This document shows, in pieces, positions 60,393 to 64,000 of a stretch of 64,000 nt of DNA. A model generated the notes under the pieces. That model saw nothing but the letters and a program-made list of their open reading frames with translations, did no database searches and had not been told where the DNA came from. The translations under genes were made by a program, and so were the position numbers. The number at the start of each line of letters is the position of its first letter. Positions within the stretch are counted from its first letter, which is position 1. The DNA is from Candidatus Margulisiibacteriota bacterium (lineage in GTDB: Bacteria; Margulisbacteria; WOR-1; JAKLHX01; JBAZKV01). The stretch covers positions 47,844-111,843 of the forward strand of contig JBAZKV010000002.1 in the NCBI GenBank assembly GCA_041650635.1, in the 5' to 3' direction.

Positions 60393-61154
60393 ATGCTCAA
60401 AGCCATAAATAGACTCCGCCCTGTTCTGGCATTACTCCTGCTGCCGTTCTTTTTTGGCTGCGGGGTCTTTGCTCCGGGACCTTCTACAAAACCGTTCTTC
60501 ACCGACCCTGTCGAAAAGATCTCCCTGACCTCTTCCCCAAGCCTGACACTGAGCCTGTTCTGCGAAGCGCAGGCCCTGGACCCTCTGGTCTTTAGGACCG
60601 GCACACGGGTCCACATGGGTTTCTGGTCCCTTTATCCCAACCGAGCAAACCTTGCAAGGGTGATCGATGCCATAAACTCGGATACAGGTTCAACGCCTTT
60701 CAACAAAGCCATCTGGGACGAAGGAACTGCCACAGCTTCTTCGATGCAGTTCCCTTCTTATATAAGGATGAACGATGAGTTCTGGTATGAGAGAGCCTCT
60801 GCCTCGGGAGGTACTGTAACATTGACCATTGAAGGCGTCACCTATTCCTACACAGATCCCCATCCAGTGACCTTTGCTCAGGCAGACACCATCTGGGGAC
60901 AGTACTCACAAAGATATACTGATCTTGCGCCTTTAATAAGGCGATCAACGGGTCTTACCCCGGAAGCGCGGTGCTTTGTTGAAGGCGCCAAGTCAAACAG
61001 GGTCTTTTACACATATGAGCTGCCGCAGCTTGAACAACTTGAGGCCGGCGGGGACATAATAGTCTATTTTGCGTCAACTTCCGAAGCGGATTGGAAAACA
61101 CCTGCCGACTGGGTGGAAGGCACCAAGAACGCTCCTACACCTGTTGCTCCTTAA
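60393..61154 (+). CDS. Putative lipoprotein
   Basis: MLKAINRLRPVLALLLLPFFFGC signal with a lipobox-like Cys. Confidence 0.65.
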   Translation: MLKAINRLRPVLALLLLPFFFGCGVFAPGPSTKPFFTDPVEKISLTSSPSLTLSLFCEAQALDPLVFRTGTRVHMGFWSLYPNRANLARVIDAINSDTGSTPFNKAIWDEGTATASSMQFPSYIRMNDEFWYERASASGGTVTLTIEGVTYSYTDPHPVTFAQADTIWGQYSQRYTDLAPLIRRSTGLTPEARCFVEGAKSNRVFYTYELPQLEQLEAGGDIIVYFASTSEADWKTPADWVEGTKNAPTPVAP

Positions 61155-61460
61155 GGATTCTCTTTGATTTTGGGGGTAAGGTCAGACATGGAAGCTCTGC
61201 TTAATTGATCTTTGACCGATTGATTGTTCTTGTCGGGGATTTCTTCTAGTAGTCTAGTAGTGAGGATATGTCAGAATTAAACCGAAATGAAACTTTGTAA
61301 ACCGGGGATTTTTCAAAAACAAATGGCATTCTTTCCTTGTCCTTGTTCTTGACCTTGTCCTACGAACAAAAGCATACACCATTAAAGGACAAGGACGAGG
61401 ACAAGGAGACTCACAAATACTTTATTAGGCTAAGTAATAATGGATATGCTTTTGTGAGTC

Positions 61461-61535
61461 TGGGGTGGCTATCGGGATTTGAACCCGGACTAACGGGACC
61501 ACAACCCGTCGTGCTACCGTTACACTATAGCCACC
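61461..61535 (-). tRNA. tRNA-His(GTG)
   Basis: acggg-ttGTGgt-cccgt; G-1 and encoded CCA. Confidence 0.95.
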
Positions 61536-61543
61536 GCGCATTT

Positions 61544-61617
61544 CGTCCCCGGGGCGATTCGAACGCCCGGCCTACAGCTTAGAAGGCTGTTGCTCTATCC
61601 AGCTGAGCTACGGGGAC
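61544..61617 (-). tRNA. tRNA-Arg(TCT)
   Basis: acagc-ctTCTaa-gctgt. Confidence 0.95.
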
Positions 61618-61753
61618 ACTTCGACTCGCTATGCTCGCTCAGTGTTCATTCTACACCGCACAAACATATTCCATCCTATAAGCCCCGAGCCTGTCGAGGG
61701 GCTACGGGGACTCGTCCTGAGCGAACGAAGTGAGTCGAAGGACACTTCGACTC
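61616..61753. repeat. Cluster of three family-1 hairpin repeats between tRNAs
   Basis: acacttcgactcgctatgctcgctcagtgt; gccccgagcctgtcgaggggc; gtcctgagcgaacgaagtgagtcgaaggac. Confidence 0.85.
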
Positions 61754-61769
61754 CGCCCAACAAAAAAAG

Positions 61770-61841
61770 AGCGGGAGAAGGGATTCGAACCCTCGACATC
61801 CTGCTTGGAAGGCAGGAACTCTACCGCTGAGTTACTCCCGC
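61770..61841 (-). tRNA. tRNA-Gly(TCC)
   Basis: cctgc-ctTCCaa-gcagg. Confidence 0.95.
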
Positions 61842-61878
61842 TTGCTCCGCTCGGTGCAAGCTTAAAGAAAGTATAACA

Positions 61879-61952
61879 TCGGGCCGACGGGATTTGAACC
61901 CGTGACCTCACGCACCCCAAGCGTGCGCGCTACCAAGCTGCGCTACGGCCCG
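61879..61952 (-). tRNA. tRNA-Pro(GGG)
   Basis: cacgc-ttGGGgt-gcgtg. Confidence 0.95.
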
Positions 61953-61970
61953 ACTTTGCTCTTTCTTAGA

Positions 61971-62044
61971 TCGGGGAGACAGGATTCGAACCTGCGACCC
62001 CCTGCTCCCAAAGCAGGTGCGCTACCAAGCTGCGCCACTCCCCG
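61971..62044 (-). tRNA. tRNA-Pro(TGG)
   Basis: cctgc-ttTGGga-gcagg. Confidence 0.95.
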
Positions 62045-62122
62045 TCACGAGCAAGCAACATTTAGTCGAGGAACTCCCCGTCCGAATTAATTATAACACC
62101 TGGGGCGTGCTATCATTTGGAC

Positions 62123-63079
62123 ATGAAGGATATCTGGGCAAAATTAACGCATGAAGCGGTCATTTCCGCTGCAGAAAAAGAAACGGGGAAGACTCTCAAT
62201 GGTTTCTGCCTAAAAAGGAACAGCTACATCAACAGGGTATTTGAGCTGGAGGACTCTAAAACAAAGCAGCGCTATATTGCCAAGTTCTACCGCCCGGGCA
62301 GATGGGACAGCGATACTATACAGGAGGAGCAGGACCTTTTGTCCCATCTTAAGGAACTGGACCTTCCCGTGATAGCTCCCATAAAGGCTAAAGGAAGGTC
62401 CCTGTTCCGGTTTGACGGCATCTATTTTACGCTGTCCCCGAGGATGGGAGGCAGGGCGCTGGATGAGTTCAGCGACGAAAGATGGGAGGAGACAGGCCGC
62501 ATCATCGGCAGGATGCACCTTGCAACCCAAAAAAAAAGCTCTGCCCAGCGCGCCGTCTGGCGCCCGCAAAAGGCCACCGAGGCACATCTTAAGACCCTCC
62601 TTTCCGGCGGGACCGTCCTGCCCGACTATAAAGCACCTCTGGAAAAGGCAGCCCGCGCGTTTATCGAAGCCTTTGATCCTCTCTTTAATGACAGAGAGCT
62701 GTTCCTGATCCATGGAGATATCCACCGCGGCAACTTCATTCATCGACCGCAGGAAGGCGTATATGTCATAGACTTTGACGATATCTGCACCGGGCCTGCC
62801 GTACAGGACCTGTGGATGCTTCTCCCCGACAAAGAGGAGAACTGCAGAAAAGAGATCGAGCTTTTTTTAAAAGGTTATCAAACTTTTAGAAAATTCGACT
62901 TATCGGAACTTGACCTGATACCCGCGCTCAGGATAATGAGGATGGTCCATTTTGCCGCCTGGTGCTCCGTTCAAAAGGGGGAGCCACACTTTGAACAGAG
63001 CTTTCCCAAATGGGGAGACCAGAAATACTGGAACGAACTTATCCGGGAGATGAACCGCCTTATTTTTTTTCAAGAATAG
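62123..63079 (+). CDS. srkA: Stress response kinase SrkA/RdoA family
   Basis: NSYINRV, KFYRPGRW, IHGDIHRGN, IDFDD, PAVQDLWMLL. Confidence 0.88.
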   Translation: MKDIWAKLTHEAVISAAEKETGKTLNGFCLKRNSYINRVFELEDSKTKQRYIAKFYRPGRWDSDTIQEEQDLLSHLKELDLPVIAPIKAKGRSLFRFDGIYFTLSPRMGGRALDEFSDERWEETGRIIGRMHLATQKKSSAQRAVWRPQKATEAHLKTLLSGGTVLPDYKAPLEKAARAFIEAFDPLFNDRELFLIHGDIHRGNFIHRPQEGVYVIDFDDICTGPAVQDLWMLLPDKEENCRKEIELFLKGYQTFRKFDLSELDLIPALRIMRMVHFAAWCSVQKGEPHFEQSFPKWGDQKYWNELIREMNRLIFFQE

Positions 63080-63659
63080 ATAACAGATACTTGCGCGTTC
63101 TTCTAAAAGCGATGCCCCTGTGCGATATTCTGTTCTTTTGAGCCGTTGATATCTGGGCAAAAGTTTTATGGGTCCCGAAAGGAACAAAGACAGGGTCATA
63201 TCCGAAACCGCGCTTTCCTTTTAACTGACAGATAATACTTCCTTTGACCTTTCCTTCGATCGTCTTGATCTTTTTCCCGGGCCTTGCAATGGCAACGGCG
63301 CAAACAAAACAAGCGGTCCTTTTACCTTCGGGGAACCCTTTCATCACGCGCAGAAGTTTTTCGCACAACCTTTTTGGGGTGGCGGGAGGAGCAACGAACC
63401 TGGCAGACCTTACCCCCGGTTTTTTGTTGAGCGCGTTAACACAGAGCCCGCTGTCATCCGCGATAGAAACAAGCCCGAGTTCCTTCTCCACTGCTCTTGC
63501 TTTTTTTACCGCGTTCTCTTTGAAGGTCCTTCCGTTCTCCGACACTTTTATCTTTTTGGGGAAATCCGAAAGAGAGGCTATTTTTAAACCTTTTATGTCC
63601 AGGATCTTCCCTATTTCCCTGACCTTGTCCTTATTTGAAGTCGCAAGAACTATCTGCAT
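63060..63659 (-). CDS. rdgB: Non-canonical purine NTP pyrophosphatase
   Basis: ATSNKDK, ADDSGL, PGVRSAR, GFGYDPVF, ISHRG. Confidence 0.95.
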   Translation of the reverse strand: MQIVLATSNKDKVREIGKILDIKGLKIASLSDFPKKIKVSENGRTFKENAVKKARAVEKELGLVSIADDSGLCVNALNKKPGVRSARFVAPPATPKRLCEKLLRVMKGFPEGKRTACFVCAVAIARPGKKIKTIEGKVKGSIICQLKGKRGFGYDPVFVPFGTHKTFAQISTAQKNRISHRGIAFRRTRKYLLSILEKK

Positions 63660-64000
63660 TTGAGGGCTTTTGCTCCTATGTCCCTGCGAAAATACATATC
63701 CTCGAATTTTATCTTTGCGACCGCCGCATAAGCATTATCAACGGCGTCTTTGACCGAGCCACCGAGCCCCGTAACGCCAAGCACTCTGCCTCCCGAAGTG
63801 ACCGTGCCGCAGCCCGCCGAGGAGGTCCCAGCGTGGAACACGACAACATCCTTCATGGCCGCTGCAGCATCCAGCCCTTCGACAATGAACCCTTTGCCGT
63901 ATTTGCCGGGATATCCGCCTGAAGCCATCACCACGCAGACCGAGGACTTTTTGTCCCACTCAATAGTAACCTGCGACAGCCTTTCGTCAATGACCGCCTC
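63650..64000 (-). CDS. purD: Phosphoribosylamine--glycine ligase, C-terminal part (start outside the window)
   Basis: VVMASGGYPG, VFHAGT, TSGGRVL, YFRRDIG. Confidence 0.92.
   Translation of the reverse strand, partial: EAVIDERLSQVTIEWDKKSSVCVVMASGGYPGKYGKGFIVEGLDAAAAMKDVVVFHAGTSSAGCGTVTSGGRVLGVTGLGGSVKDAVDNAYAAVAKIKFEDMYFRRDIGAKALKCR

Noticed and set aside
61150-61260. Further alternative-sigma promoter (CCGACAAG) with a 12-codon ORF on the minus strand
   Set aside because: The -35 position does not match GAAWT and the ORF is too short to support.
61337-62090. Short ORFs in the tRNA cluster
   Set aside because: They overlap tRNA genes and repeats.

Overview
A ~50% GC chromosomal region of a diderm, probably anaerobic bacterium. 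The gene complement (TIGR03492-type LpxB-related protein, cyanobacterial-type epimerase, bifurcating [FeFe] hydrogenase) would fit a non-photosynthetic relative of Cyanobacteria such as Saganbacteria/Margulisbacteria; this is inference only. Core content: purH/purN/purD, thrC, an msbA/lpxB-like/glycosyltransferase LPS cluster, lgt-lspA-ahcY-ileS, tig-clpP-lon, iorAB-paaK, a hydrogenase operon bracketed by a two-component system, and 10 tRNAs. The main accessory feature is an 8.4 kb serine-recombinase island (35472-43840) integrated at the 3' end of tRNA-Lys(CTT). It carries a HpyAV-like type IIS R-M pair, an almost adenine-free SLOG/DprA gene behind a large stem-loop structure, an XRE-ImmA pair and a possibly permuted GIY-YIG protein. 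The recombinase gene is split by its own attachment site, and an intact inverted copy of the excised-form (attP) junction sits in the middle of the island. Other signals: a shared GAAWT-N16-CGAYA promoter motif upstream of orphan genes, nested hairpin repeats beside tRNAs and in frame inside protein genes, and many leaderless extended -10 starts. Product calls come from motif recognition, not database searches.
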